From Opitutales bacterium (GTDB taxonomy: Bacteria; Verrucomicrobiota; Verrucomicrobiia; Opitutales; JAFGAQ01): 31,834 bases of DNA. This document shows positions 1-9,229 of this stretch, piece after piece. The stretch is from the NCBI GenBank assembly GCA_028704125.1, contig JAQVLM010000002.1, positions 1 to 31,834 of the forward strand, in the 5' to 3' direction. Position numbers and translations under genes: made by a program. The notes below the pieces were generated by a model. The model was not told the DNA's origin. It saw nothing but the letters and a program-made list of their open reading frames with translations, and did not search any database. Every line of letters starts with the position of its first letter. Within the stretch, counting starts at the first letter, position 1.

Positions 1-2
1 TT

Positions 3-1646
3 TCGATTATCGTCGGCATTGTATGGCGATCGTCGCGCAACCAGAATACTGCGGCCGACTACTTTCTGGCTGGCCGCCATGTGGGCTGGTTCGTGGTCGG
101 TTGTTCGCTGTTCGCTTCGAACATCGGGTCTGAGCACATCGTTGGGCTCGCCGGATCGGGTGCGAACAACGGGATGGCTCAGGCGCACTGGGAGCTGCAT
201 GCTTGGGTGATGATCATGCTCGGTTGGGTCTTCGTTCCCTTCTATTACCGGTCGGGCGTGTTCACGATGCCGGAGTTTCTGGAACGCCGTTTCAATTCGA
301 AGACGCGCTGGGTTCTTTCGGTTGTGAGTTTGGTTGCTTATGTGTTCACGAAAGTATCGGTGACGGTTTATGCCGGCGCGATTGTCTTCCAAACGCTGCT
401 TCCTGACACATTTGGCACTCCCGAGAACGCTTTTTGGGTCGGAGCCTTTGCAACCGTTATTCTCACGGGGATATACACGATTTTGGGCGGACTCCGGGCG
501 GTGGTTTACACGGAGGTCGCGCAAACCTTTGTGCTGTTGTTGGGATCGTCGCTGATCACCTATTTCGGTTTGAAGCACCTTGGCGGTTGGGGTGAACTCA
601 TCGAAACCTGTAAGGTGAATGCGGAACGCTTCGCCCTTTGGCGCTCAAACACGGATCCGAATTTCCCATGGTTGGGCGTGATGATCGCCTCTCCCGTTAT
701 CGGTATCTGGTATTGGTGTACTGACCAATACATCGTGCAGCGCACTTTGGCAGCCAAGAGCCTCAAGGATGCACGCCGCGGTGCGATCTTTGGTGGTTTC
801 CTGAAGGTATGGCCGGTTATGATCTTCCTGATTCCGGGCATGATCGGATATGCGCTTCATCAAAAGGGTGTCATTCAGATTCCCTTCAAGACAGACGGTT
901 CCGGTGAGCTTTTGGGTGATGCGGTGTTTGCGACGATGGTGCAGACGATGCTCCCGATCGGATTGCGCGGTTTGGTGGTTGCCGGGTTGCTTTCCGCATT
1001 GATGTCGTCGTTGGCTTCCCTTTTCAATTCCTGTGCGACGCTGTTCACTGTGGACATTTACAGCAAGATGAATCCGAACGCGAGTCAGGCCCGTTTGGTG
1101 CATGTGGGTCGGGTAGCCACGGGATTTGTGGTTTTGGCCGGGTTGATCTGGATTCCGATCATGAAGAAAGTTTCCGAAGGGAACTCCGGTCTCTACGACT
1201 ACCTGCAGAATGTGCAGGGTTTCCTGGCTCCTCCGATTACGGCAGTATTCCTGCTCGGCTTGTTCTTCAAGCGCATCAATTCAACCGGAGCATTGGTCGG
1301 GTTGTTAACCGGGTTTGTGCTCGGGATGCTCAAGCTTACGATTCAGACACTTTCGAAGAGTGGTGCCTTGGGTTCCGAAGGTATGTTGTATCAGATTGGT
1401 GAATACAATGGTTACTACTTCTCGGGTGTGCTCTTTATCTTCAGCGTGATCCTGGTGATCGTGGTGTCGTTGATGAGCCCCGCTCCAAGCGAAGAACAAG
1501 TGGCCGGTCTGACCTATGGCTCGATGTCCGATGCGCAACGCAAGGAAAACCGCGAGAGTTGGAACTGGATGGATGTCGTTGCGACCATTGGTGTGCTCGG
1601 GCTGGTGGTTGGGGTTTACATCTACTTCAGTTTCTGGCTGAGCTAA
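3..1646 (+). CDS. Sodium:solute symporter (SSS/SGLT-like sugar cotransporter), 5'-truncated by the window edge
   Basis: Frame is open from position 3 (SIIVGIVWRSSRNQNTAADYFLAGRHVGWF), so GTG at 81 is internal. SSS motifs DYFLAGR, ASNIGSEH, GGLRAVVYT, WYWCTDQYIVQR, many TM segments; galM downstream. Confidence 0.93.
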   Translation, partial: SIIVGIVWRSSRNQNTAADYFLAGRHVGWFVVGCSLFASNIGSEHIVGLAGSGANNGMAQAHWELHAWVMIMLGWVFVPFYYRSGVFTMPEFLERRFNSKTRWVLSVVSLVAYVFTKVSVTVYAGAIVFQTLLPDTFGTPENAFWVGAFATVILTGIYTILGGLRAVVYTEVAQTFVLLLGSSLITYFGLKHLGGWGELIETCKVNAERFALWRSNTDPNFPWLGVMIASPVIGIWYWCTDQYIVQRTLAAKSLKDARRGAIFGGFLKVWPVMIFLIPGMIGYALHQKGVIQIPFKTDGSGELLGDAVFATMVQTMLPIGLRGLVVAGLLSALMSSLASLFNSCATLFTVDIYSKMNPNASQARLVHVGRVATGFVVLAGLIWIPIMKKVSEGNSGLYDYLQNVQGFLAPPITAVFLLGLFFKRINSTGALVGLLTGFVLGMLKLTIQTLSKSGALGSEGMLYQIGEYNGYYFSGVLFIFSVILVIVVSLMSPAPSEEQVAGLTYGSMSDAQRKENRESWNWMDVVATIGVLGLVVGVYIYFSFWLS

Positions 1647-1657
1647 TCGCATTTGTC

Positions 1658-1699
1658 AGGGCCCTTCCTCGGGGTGATATCCGGGAGGGCCCTTTTTTT
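1658..1699 (+). terminator. Intrinsic terminator hairpin after the symporter
   Basis: AGGGCCCTTCC...GGGAGGGCCCT inverted repeat followed by a T7 tract, 12 nt after the stop codon. Confidence 0.75.
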
Positions 1700-1728
1700 G
1701 TCTTTGCCTCAATTCTCCAAATATGCAT

Positions 1729-2892
1729 ATGAAAACAAAAAAAATCCTACCCTTCATGATACTTGCTTCTCTTCTTGGTTCCGGCGTTAATGCTGGTGAT
1801 TGCTGCGATGGTTGTTCCGTTCCTTCCCGCTCCTTTGGCGAACTTGCGGATGGACGGACGGCGATGATCTACACCCTCACCAATAAATCCGGCATGAAGG
1901 CCGAGATCACCAACTATGGTGGTGTGGTGGTGAACCTCATGGTTCCGGATCGGGACGGAAAACTCGCCGATGTGGCCCTCGGATTTGACAAGGTCAGCGA
2001 TTACGAAAAGAAGGTCTACTATTTCGGTAGCCTGATCGGACGTTACGGAAACCGCATTGCCAATGGGACCTTTGAACTGGATGGAGTGACCTACAAGCTT
2101 CCGCTGAACAATGAACCGGGCGGAATTCCCTGTTCGCTGCATGGTGGATTCAAGGGCTTTCACACTGTATTGTGGGATGCTGAACCCTTGGTGGCGGAAG
2201 ATGGAACCCAAGGTTTGAAACTTTCCTATGTGAGCAAAGATGGAGAGGAAGGTTATCCCGGAAACCTCACGGTTACGGTTCACTACTGGTTGGATGCCGC
2301 CAACGCACTCCGGATCAGCTACGAGGCAAGCACGGACAAGGCGACTCCGGTCAATCTCACGAACCACTCCTATTTCAATTTGGCAGGAGAAGGTTCGCCT
2401 ACCATCAATGATCATGAGTTGATGTTAAAGGCTTCGGCGTTCACGCCAGTGAATGCCGGATTGATCCCGACCGGTGAAATCGCTCCGGTGGAAGGCACTC
2501 CGTTTGATTTCCGCACCCCGCATCCGATCGGGGAGCGGGTGGACGCGGATCATCCGCAGATCGCGCTCGGCGGTGGCTATGACCACAACTGGGTGTTGGA
2601 CAATCAGGATGGCTCGATGGCGCTCGCCGCGCGCGTTAAGCATGCAGCCACTGGCCGTGTGATGGAAGTTTGGACGATGGAACCCGGTATTCAGTTCTAT
2701 GGTGGGAATTTCCTCGATGCCAGTGACCTGAGCAGCGCGAAGTCCGGCAAGCCGTATCCGAAGCGCTCGGGATTCTGCCTCGAAACCCAGCACTATCCGG
2801 ATTCGCCGAATCAACCGGCTTTCCCGTCCACGATCCTGCGTCCGGGCGAAGCCTACAAGACCACAACGGAATACCGTTTTTCGGCTGAGTGA
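1729..2892 (+). CDS. galM: Aldose 1-epimerase (galactose mutarotase) with N-terminal signal peptide
   Basis: Motifs GRYGNRI, SLHGG, EEGYPG, TNHSYFNL, YDHNW, CLETQHYPDSPN. N-terminus MKTKKILPFMILASLLGSGVNA resembles a Sec signal. Start 1723 or 1729. Confidence 0.93.
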   Translation: MKTKKILPFMILASLLGSGVNAGDCCDGCSVPSRSFGELADGRTAMIYTLTNKSGMKAEITNYGGVVVNLMVPDRDGKLADVALGFDKVSDYEKKVYYFGSLIGRYGNRIANGTFELDGVTYKLPLNNEPGGIPCSLHGGFKGFHTVLWDAEPLVAEDGTQGLKLSYVSKDGEEGYPGNLTVTVHYWLDAANALRISYEASTDKATPVNLTNHSYFNLAGEGSPTINDHELMLKASAFTPVNAGLIPTGEIAPVEGTPFDFRTPHPIGERVDADHPQIALGGGYDHNWVLDNQDGSMALAARVKHAATGRVMEVWTMEPGIQFYGGNFLDASDLSSAKSGKPYPKRSGFCLETQHYPDSPNQPAFPSTILRPGEAYKTTTEYRFSAE

Positions 2893-2911
2893 GGCTTGAC
2901 GGATGTTTTAA

Positions 2912-3520
2912 TTGTCGCGGGTTGGGATGAGTTTCATGAAACTTAATGAAATTCTTATACGGGTGATCACGGATCCCGGGTATCCGGATCCGCTTCGGCG
3001 CAAGAAAGGGGAACTTAGAGTTCTCCTTTCCTGCGTGGTTTTAGGGAGTATCATTCTGGTGGCGTATTATTTGAGTCCTTTCCAGACCAGATGGATGGCT
3101 GCCCGGGTGAGTCTCCCCGAGATGGTGTACCAGAGTTATGCTCCCGTTCCTTCTTTGGAAACTGCTGAGCTGGTAGTCAAACGGTTGTCGGGGCTTGCCA
3201 ACTGGCGAATCGGGTGGATGGCGGCAGCGTTTTCTGTGGGAATGCTTTCCTGTATCGGACGGTTCCAACGATGGAAATTCGGTTTTGTTGGAATCTCGAT
3301 GCTGTTATTTGCCTCAGGCTATCTGGAGGTGCAAAGGATTGATTCATTCCAAGTTGGATTGTTGTCCCATTGGGGTACTCAACTAAGTGAGACCTCGTTT
3401 CAAGCTTTGAGCCGAACGGTCTATTTTCACGGAGTGTGGAAGTTTGTGGCGCTTGTTTTTGCAGGGGTTCTTTCTGTTGGATTCTTTATGAAATGGATGC
3501 GATCCATTTTTCAGAATTAA
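2912..3520 (+). CDS. Hypothetical membrane protein (about 4 hydrophobic segments)
   Basis: 202-aa ORF 19 nt after galM on the same strand; hydrophobic stretches; no family recognised. Start may be 2927 or 2936. Confidence 0.65.
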   Translation: MSRVGMSFMKLNEILIRVITDPGYPDPLRRKKGELRVLLSCVVLGSIILVAYYLSPFQTRWMAARVSLPEMVYQSYAPVPSLETAELVVKRLSGLANWRIGWMAAAFSVGMLSCIGRFQRWKFGFVGISMLLFASGYLEVQRIDSFQVGLLSHWGTQLSETSFQALSRTVYFHGVWKFVALVFAGVLSVGFFMKWMRSIFQN

Positions 3521-3904
3521 ACACAAATCGGTTCCCTGTATTAGCATTAGATGGTGCTTATTGTGGAGGATGGATTTGGTGCAAGACTCTTTGAGATACT
3601 TTCGTGAGAGTGTTGTGGAATGAAAGAATGCAACCATGGAGCTAGATTTTATACGTGTGCATCTATTTGTTTTTGATACTTCCATTTTAAGATAAAAAAG
3701 CCTTGCTCGATATCAGAACCTCTGTGAATGGCTTTGTTGTTTATTAATTCTGCCTGGTTTTCGAAGAGAGGATTGGTCTATTATTTATAGGGACAGCCGG
3801 GTTTTGCTTGGGTAGGCTTTCGGATATACGGTTACATCATGGGTCTGTTGGCTATCTTCTGGGCTTGCACCGGAAGGGGCTTGGTGACGATATGGCGTTT
3901 CCTG

Positions 3905-5242
3905 ATGATGAGCACGATGGATCTATTTGAGCGTTCGAAGTCACTGGCCGACTATGCATCGGTCCGCGATTTTCTTTACAGTCTCCGGTATCATGGGGCC
4001 AAGTATGGACTGGAGCGGATGGAGCGATTTGCCGCTGGCCTGGGGAATCCACAATTGAAGGTTCCGTGTATTCACGTTGCTGGCACCAACGGGAAAGGAT
4101 CGGTCAGCGCGATGTTGGAATGCATGCTGCGCCAGGCTGGAAACCGGGTGGGGCTCTACACTTCGCCGCACTTGATTTATCAGGGAGAGCGGATCCAGAT
4201 TGACCGGAAGATCACGAGTGAGGAGGAGATCGTGGAGATGACCCGGAGGCTGGTTCCGGTGGCCCTTGAGGTTGCAGGTGGCAATATGGCGGATTTTCCG
4301 TCGTTTTTCGAGTTCATGACCGCTATGGCGTTTGAGCGTTTCGCGTCCGGAAAGGTCGATGTGGCGGTTTATGAGACCGGTCTTGGTGGTCGGCTGGACG
4401 CCACGAATGTGGTGCGGCCGCTCGTGTCGGTTATCACTTCGATCAGTCTGGACCATACCCAGATTCTGGGGGATTCGATTGAGGCGATTGCCGCTGAGAA
4501 GGCGGGGATCATCAAAGACGGGATTCCGGTGGTGATCGGTCGGCTTCCGGTGGAAGCGGAGGCGGTGATCCGTCGGGTGGCGCGGGAACGGAAATGCCCA
4601 GTGTATTCGGTGATGGAGCGTTTCGGAGCGGATCCGTCCGGGTATCCTGAAACGTGTTTGAAGGGGAGTTTTCAGCGCATCAATGCCGCGACAGCTACTC
4701 TTGCGGCAGAGCTTGTGGCGGAGCGTTTCCGGTTGAGCCCTGAGGGGATTCGCAGTAGCCTGACTCAGGTGCAATGGCCGGGCCGATGGGAAGTGCTGTC
4801 GGTGAATGAGGGGCGAAACCGTCTGATTCTGGATGCCACGCACAACGATGAGGGTGCCCGGGCGCTGCGGGAAAACATCGCAGGTATTGAGAAGGATACC
4901 GGTATGAAGCCTGTGGTGGTTGCTGGGACCTTGGGTCATGATCGTGCGCCCTCGCTCATCGGGACCATAGCGGAATACGCTGAGACGCTGTATCTGCTGA
5001 GTCCGGCGCAGCCGAGGGCATTGTCATTTGAGGCGATGAAAGCGTATGTTCCGGAGTGGTTTGGTGGTGAGGTGCTCGACTTGCCCATGGATCAGCTTTT
5101 CGCGAAGGACCGGTGCCTGATGCCACTCAAGCAAGGGCAGACCATTCTGGTGACCGGATCCATTTACCTGATTGGCGAAGTATGTGAATACGTGCGTTTG
5201 GGCGCTCCAGTTCACCAACAGTCGCTTCAGGACGTTATCTGA
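3905..5242 (+). CDS. folC: Folylpolyglutamate/dihydrofolate synthase
   Basis: IHVAGTNGKGS, GLYTSPHL, ETGLGGRLDATNV, EKAGIIK, WPGRWE, LDATHN, VTGSIYLIGE. Start placed at the ATG cluster 3905-3917 rather than 3839. Confidence 0.95.
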   Translation: MMSTMDLFERSKSLADYASVRDFLYSLRYHGAKYGLERMERFAAGLGNPQLKVPCIHVAGTNGKGSVSAMLECMLRQAGNRVGLYTSPHLIYQGERIQIDRKITSEEEIVEMTRRLVPVALEVAGGNMADFPSFFEFMTAMAFERFASGKVDVAVYETGLGGRLDATNVVRPLVSVITSISLDHTQILGDSIEAIAAEKAGIIKDGIPVVIGRLPVEAEAVIRRVARERKCPVYSVMERFGADPSGYPETCLKGSFQRINAATATLAAELVAERFRLSPEGIRSSLTQVQWPGRWEVLSVNEGRNRLILDATHNDEGARALRENIAGIEKDTGMKPVVVAGTLGHDRAPSLIGTIAEYAETLYLLSPAQPRALSFEAMKAYVPEWFGGEVLDLPMDQLFAKDRCLMPLKQGQTILVTGSIYLIGEVCEYVRLGAPVHQQSLQDVI

Positions 5243-5268
5243 CCTATTGGTTCGGGGAGATTAAGGAA

Positions 5269-6159
5269 ATGGATTCAGCAGCGGGTGGAAATATGGGTTC
5301 GAATGCCGGGGGAGTGGTGTATGTCAATTCCGGAGAATGGGATGTATCGCGATTCACCGGCAAGGATGCCCCTTTGGTTGACATGGCGGAGTTCCCCTCG
5401 TGGATCCTGCATGAGGATGGTGATGTGCTGGTAATGAACAAACCCGGTTGGTTGGTTTGCCATCCCTCAAAGTCAGGTCCTCTGTCAAGTTTGATTGGCG
5501 CGGCCAAGGAATACCTTGGGGTGGAAAACCTGCATTTGGTCAGCCGCTTGGATCGTGAGACGAGTGGAATTGTGTTGGTGGCCAAGCACCGCCGGTCGGC
5601 GAGTCAATACCAGCGCGCGATCGAAGACCGGAGGGTTGAGAAACAGTATTTGGCGTGGATTCGTGGCCGTTTGGAATCGCCACAGGAGGTGAATCAACCG
5701 TTGGCGCGGGACAACGAGAGCCTGGTTCACGTCAAACAGACGGTCCGGAGCTCGCGTTCGGCGCAAAAGGCCAGGACGGTGTTTGAGCCGGTTGGGTGGA
5801 GTCGCGACGGCGGGCTTACCTTGTGCCGTGTTTTACTGCACACCGGGCGGAAACACCAGATCCGGGTTCATGCCAAATGGATGGGGTATCCGGTCTATGC
5901 GGACAAGCTTTATGGCCCGGATGAGACCTGCTATCTGGATTTCGTTGAGCAAGGGTGGACGTCACGCATGGATGCGGTGTTGGGCTTTCCCCGGCAAGCG
6001 TTGCACGCTTGGCGTATGCGGTTCAGTGGGGTGGAATACCCATCGGATTTCGAAGCACCGCTTCCGGGTGATTTGAATGAACTGATGAACCGGATGTGGA
6101 TGGGCGATTGGACGTCCGAGCGATACTGGGAAAAGGCGCCGGTTGATGCGTCCGCCTGA
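5269..6159 (+). CDS. RluA-family RNA pseudouridine synthase
   Basis: NKPGWLVCHP, SRLDRETSG (catalytic Asp), HTGRKHQIRVH, YADKLYG, QALHA. Exact start uncertain. Confidence 0.92.
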   Translation: MDSAAGGNMGSNAGGVVYVNSGEWDVSRFTGKDAPLVDMAEFPSWILHEDGDVLVMNKPGWLVCHPSKSGPLSSLIGAAKEYLGVENLHLVSRLDRETSGIVLVAKHRRSASQYQRAIEDRRVEKQYLAWIRGRLESPQEVNQPLARDNESLVHVKQTVRSSRSAQKARTVFEPVGWSRDGGLTLCRVLLHTGRKHQIRVHAKWMGYPVYADKLYGPDETCYLDFVEQGWTSRMDAVLGFPRQALHAWRMRFSGVEYPSDFEAPLPGDLNELMNRMWMGDWTSERYWEKAPVDASA

Positions 6160-6226
6160 AATATCGGCTGCTTCGGGCTCATTACCCGCTTGCCATATGC
6201 CGGGTGGATTGGCCTAGAATCGATCC

Positions 6227-7009
6227 ATGGCTGAAGACTTACTCGCGCTAGCGATGGTTCAGACGGATATTGTCTGGGATCAGGTGTCCGTGAATCTGGA
6301 GCGAATCGATCAACTCCTCGATATGATCGGGGAAGCGGTCGATGTGGTTGTGCTTCCGGAGACCTTTGCGACTGGATTCATCACCAAGCCCGATCCGCAG
6401 GTTCCGGACCGGACCGGTGAAGTGGTTCGGTGGATGGCAGACAAAGCGCGGCAAATGGATGCCATGATCATGGGCTCGCATGCGAGTCGCTTGGGCGCAA
6501 AGATGGCCAACCGCTTGTTTGCGGTTAAACCGGACGGTGAAGTGCTCCACTATGACAAGCGGCACCTTTTCACCATGGGAGGGGAGGATGCGCATTTTGA
6601 AAGGGGGGAGAGCCCACTGTTGATCGAGTTCCGGGGCTGGAAGCTTTTCCCGTTGATATGCTACGATCTCCGCTTTCCGGTATGGAGCCGGAATGTGCAT
6701 GGCTATGATCTATTGATCTATGTCGCCAATTGGCCCCATGTGCGGCGGATTGTCTGGGATACACTGGTGCCCGCGCGCGCAATTGAGAACCAGAGTTACG
6801 CGCTTGGTGTGAACCGGATCGGCCCCGACGCACATGGCACGGCCCACTCTGGTGGATCGCAACTGGTGTCGCCCGAGGGTGAGCTGCTCCACCGGATGGA
6901 TGGGAGCGAAGGCGTAGCGGTGAAGCGGATTTCCCGAACCGCACTTCTCAAGCTGCGCGAGCGTTTTCCGGTGCTTCGGGATGCGGATGGATTCCGTCTT
7001 GGGGCTTAA
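6227..7009 (+). CDS. Carbon-nitrogen hydrolase (nitrilase superfamily, YafV/Nit2 omega-amidase-like)
   Basis: Catalytic triad motifs VLPETF (E), YDKRHLF (K), ICYDLRFP (C); ARAIENQ. Confidence 0.9.
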   Translation: MAEDLLALAMVQTDIVWDQVSVNLERIDQLLDMIGEAVDVVVLPETFATGFITKPDPQVPDRTGEVVRWMADKARQMDAMIMGSHASRLGAKMANRLFAVKPDGEVLHYDKRHLFTMGGEDAHFERGESPLLIEFRGWKLFPLICYDLRFPVWSRNVHGYDLLIYVANWPHVRRIVWDTLVPARAIENQSYALGVNRIGPDAHGTAHSGGSQLVSPEGELLHRMDGSEGVAVKRISRTALLKLRERFPVLRDADGFRLGA

Positions 7010-7018
7010 TCCTGGCCA

Positions 7019-7564
7019 TCAGGAGCAGGTTTTCACCAATCGGGTGAAGTCCCTGAAGGCCGGGTGGGATACCTCGCCGAGTATCGAATAAAACACGGTC
7101 TCCGAGGGGAGTGAAAGGATGCCGTGTTGCGTCAGTGCCTGGGTGACGGCATCCCCATCCTGTGCCCGTCTGCAGCCGATGCAGTCGCTGAGCAGGGTGG
7201 TTTCAAATCCGTCGGCGTGTGCGCCGATGACCGTTTGGTAAACGCAGATCGGGGTTTCAATACCGCCGACGAGGAGGTGTTGAACTCCATCTTCTTTGAG
7301 GCGGCTTTGCAGTGCCTCCAAGGGCCAGGCCGAGAAGGTCGATTTATCCCATTCCGGAGCTTCGGGTGCGAGGTCTTTCAGCTCGGGAAGAGTGGCTCCC
7401 AGTTTGTCCCTGATCTGGGTGGTGAAATATACCGGAATGCCGAGCAGTTGGCATGCGCGGATCACAAAACCGCAGCGTTTCCGGATGCTGGATTCTTCCG
7501 GGATGGATTTGAGAAATGGCTCCTGCAGGTCGATCAGGAGACAGGCAACTCCGGGGGTGTTCAT
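7019..7564 (-). CDS. Isochorismatase-family cysteine hydrolase
   Basis: LLIDLQE, DKSTFSA, GGIETPICVYQT motifs; 181 aa. Confidence 0.88.
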   Translation of the reverse strand: MNTPGVACLLIDLQEPFLKSIPEESSIRKRCGFVIRACQLLGIPVYFTTQIRDKLGATLPELKDLAPEAPEWDKSTFSAWPLEALQSRLKEDGVQHLLVGGIETPICVYQTVIGAHADGFETTLLSDCIGCRRAQDGDAVTQALTQHGILSLPSETVFYSILGEVSHPAFRDFTRLVKTCS

Positions 7565-7578
7565 GTGGAATCAGGTGC

Positions 7579-7605
7579 AAAAAAAAAGGGTGCATGGCGC
7601 ACCCT
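7579..7605 (-). terminator. Intrinsic terminator downstream of rpmG
   Basis: Minus strand reads AGGGTGC-GCCAT-GCACCCT followed by a long T tract. Confidence 0.8.
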
Positions 7606-7644
7606 CGAGAAAGATCTTATCAATTCCGATAACGTGTGGCCGGA

Positions 7645-7812
7645 TTACTTGATTTCCTTGTGGAGGGTGTGACGACCCAGAGATGGGTTGTACTTCATTT
7701 TTTCCACGCGGTTAGGCTGTGTCTTTTTGTTACGGCTGCTCATGTAGCGGGAAGGGTGTTTGCCTTCCTTGCGGGCTTCCGTGCATTCGATGATAATGTG
7801 TTCCCTCGGCAT
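7645..7812 (-). CDS. rpmG: 50S ribosomal protein L33 (55 aa, below the ORF-track cutoff)
   Basis: Manual translation: MPREHIIIECTEARKEGKHPSRYMSSRNKKTQPNRVEKMKYNPSLGRHTLHKEIK*, with L33 motifs RY..KN/KK, KYNP, HTLHKE; followed by a terminator. Confidence 0.95.
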   Translation of the reverse strand: MPREHIIIECTEARKEGKHPSRYMSSRNKKTQPNRVEKMKYNPSLGRHTLHKEIK

Positions 7813-7867
7813 GGTGTCTTAAAGTTAAAAGTATGGGATGAAAGTGATATTGATGAAGATGACAAGG

Positions 7868-9229
7868 CTAAAAGTATCCACCGATCTTATTTTCGGTGAG
7901 CAGGATCATGTCGCCGCCGCTGAACAGGCTGACATGGCCCGTGCTGGATGATACGACAATCGCCACGCACTTGAAACTGAGCGAGATCCCGGCTGCGGCG
8001 GCATGGCGTGATCCGAGCCCGCTGGGGAGGTTTTGGGGATATTGGGTCGGGCGCAAAAGGCTGCCGGCGGATTCGACGACCCCGTTGCCCTTGATGACGA
8101 AAGCACCATCGATGCTGGACAATTCCTTGATGGTTTCGTCCATGAACGGGTTGAGGACATTGCGTTCATCCTCGCTGTATCCGTAGAACGGGTTGAGCAG
8201 GAGAGGTTGGGAGTGTTCGAGCACCTTCTCGGAATCCCCGAGGACAAAGAGCGATCCGACCGGCTTTCCCTCACGGCCCTCCAGGGAGAGCTCCGTGGCG
8301 ATGGAGAGCACCCGTTCGAGAACTTCGACTTGGATACCCGGAGGGATCACATTGGGGCGACCTGGAATGAGGGATTGGAACTCGCGGTCAACATCGATGA
8401 TGAGGATCGTGTCGAGCAGGTTGCTGCGCGGGAGACCGCCGACGCAACAGACGACGTCCTGAGTGGTGAATACCCCTTTACCGAGGCCGATAATAAACGC
8501 ACTGCGCAACTGTGACAGGCGCGAGTTCGAAAAAGTGCGGATCGGGATGACCGTATCGATCTGGGGACGCGTCGCGGCGTATTCTGTCTTGCCGGGCGAA
8601 ACCAGAACCGTGCGGATTCCCTTGATATCGATTCCAAGCTCAAATGCCCCACCCGTAAAGGTGTCGCCGAAGATCATCAGGGAGGTGCATTGCGACATCA
8701 TCGCGATCTTTTCCGCTTCGCGCAGGAGGTTCCGGTTGATGCGGGAATACTCGATTTGCGGAAGACTCGAACCGCCTCCAAGCGCATCCCGAACAGCCGA
8801 CTTGAACTCATCGAGCGAGTCTGATCCGGTCAAGTTGTCGACAATGTTCTCGTCCTGCAGAATCTGCGCGATATCCGAGAGCACGCGGACATAGTTGCGG
8901 GCTCTGTCGTTTACAAGGAGCATCACGACAACCCGGACTTTCCCATACGCACTTGGGCTATCATGGGAGAGCCCGTCCGGGCATCGGCCGATCGCGATCC
9001 CGTAACGTTTGTTCCACGGTATCCGCGCATAGGGCATGGCAATGCCTTCCCCAAGGTAGGTGGTTCGGGTTTTTTCTTTCTCAATCAAGTCCTTGAGGAT
9101 TGCGTCCTTGGAGAAGCCCTCCTGGGAATCCAGACCGAACAAGTCGATCAGTTCCCCAAACGCACCCCTCAGATCCTTGCTCTTGAGATCGACGATTCTC
9201 GAGTGGGTGACAAGCCGGTCGAAGCGCAT
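7868..9229 (-). CDS. Diadenylate cyclase (DisA_N/DAC, DacZ/CdaZ-like) with N-terminal PTS EIIA(Ntr/Fru)-like domain
   Basis: C-terminal DAC: ELSLEGREGKPVGSLFV, SIDGAFV, GLGSRHAAAA, AIVVSSSTG. N-terminal EIIA-like: EKEKTRTTYLGEGIAMPYAR. Confidence 0.88.
   Translation of the reverse strand: MRFDRLVTHSRIVDLKSKDLRGAFGELIDLFGLDSQEGFSKDAILKDLIEKEKTRTTYLGEGIAMPYARIPWNKRYGIAIGRCPDGLSHDSPSAYGKVRVVVMLLVNDRARNYVRVLSDIAQILQDENIVDNLTGSDSLDEFKSAVRDALGGGSSLPQIEYSRINRNLLREAEKIAMMSQCTSLMIFGDTFTGGAFELGIDIKGIRTVLVSPGKTEYAATRPQIDTVIPIRTFSNSRLSQLRSAFIIGLGKGVFTTQDVVCCVGGLPRSNLLDTILIIDVDREFQSLIPGRPNVIPPGIQVEVLERVLSIATELSLEGREGKPVGSLFVLGDSEKVLEHSQPLLLNPFYGYSEDERNVLNPFMDETIKELSSIDGAFVIKGNGVVESAGSLLRPTQYPQNLPSGLGSRHAAAAGISLSFKCVAIVVSSSTGHVSLFSGGDMILLTENKIGGYF

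Noticed and set aside
3383-3685. 100-aa minus ORF in the AT-rich gap
   Set aside because: Overlaps the upstream gene by 138 nt; no RBS or motif.
3941-4939. Long antisense ORFs (also 14291-15085, 25802-26431, 27110-27871, 28562-29467 and similar)
   Set aside because: Shadows opposite well-supported genes; no motifs; expected from codon bias in GC-rich DNA.
5285-5312. GGTTCGAAT T-loop-like motif suggesting a tRNA
   Set aside because: No acceptor, D or anticodon arms can be formed; lies within the rluA 5' region.
6184-6195. 12-mer ACCCGCTTGCCA identical to part of the glnII promoter (15277-15288)
   Set aside because: Lacks the -12 element here and would point antisense into rluA; one shared 12-mer in a window of this size is compatible with chance.
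7636-7899. 87-aa plus-strand ORF
   Set aside because: Antisense shadow of rpmG, which has clear L33 motifs on the minus strand.
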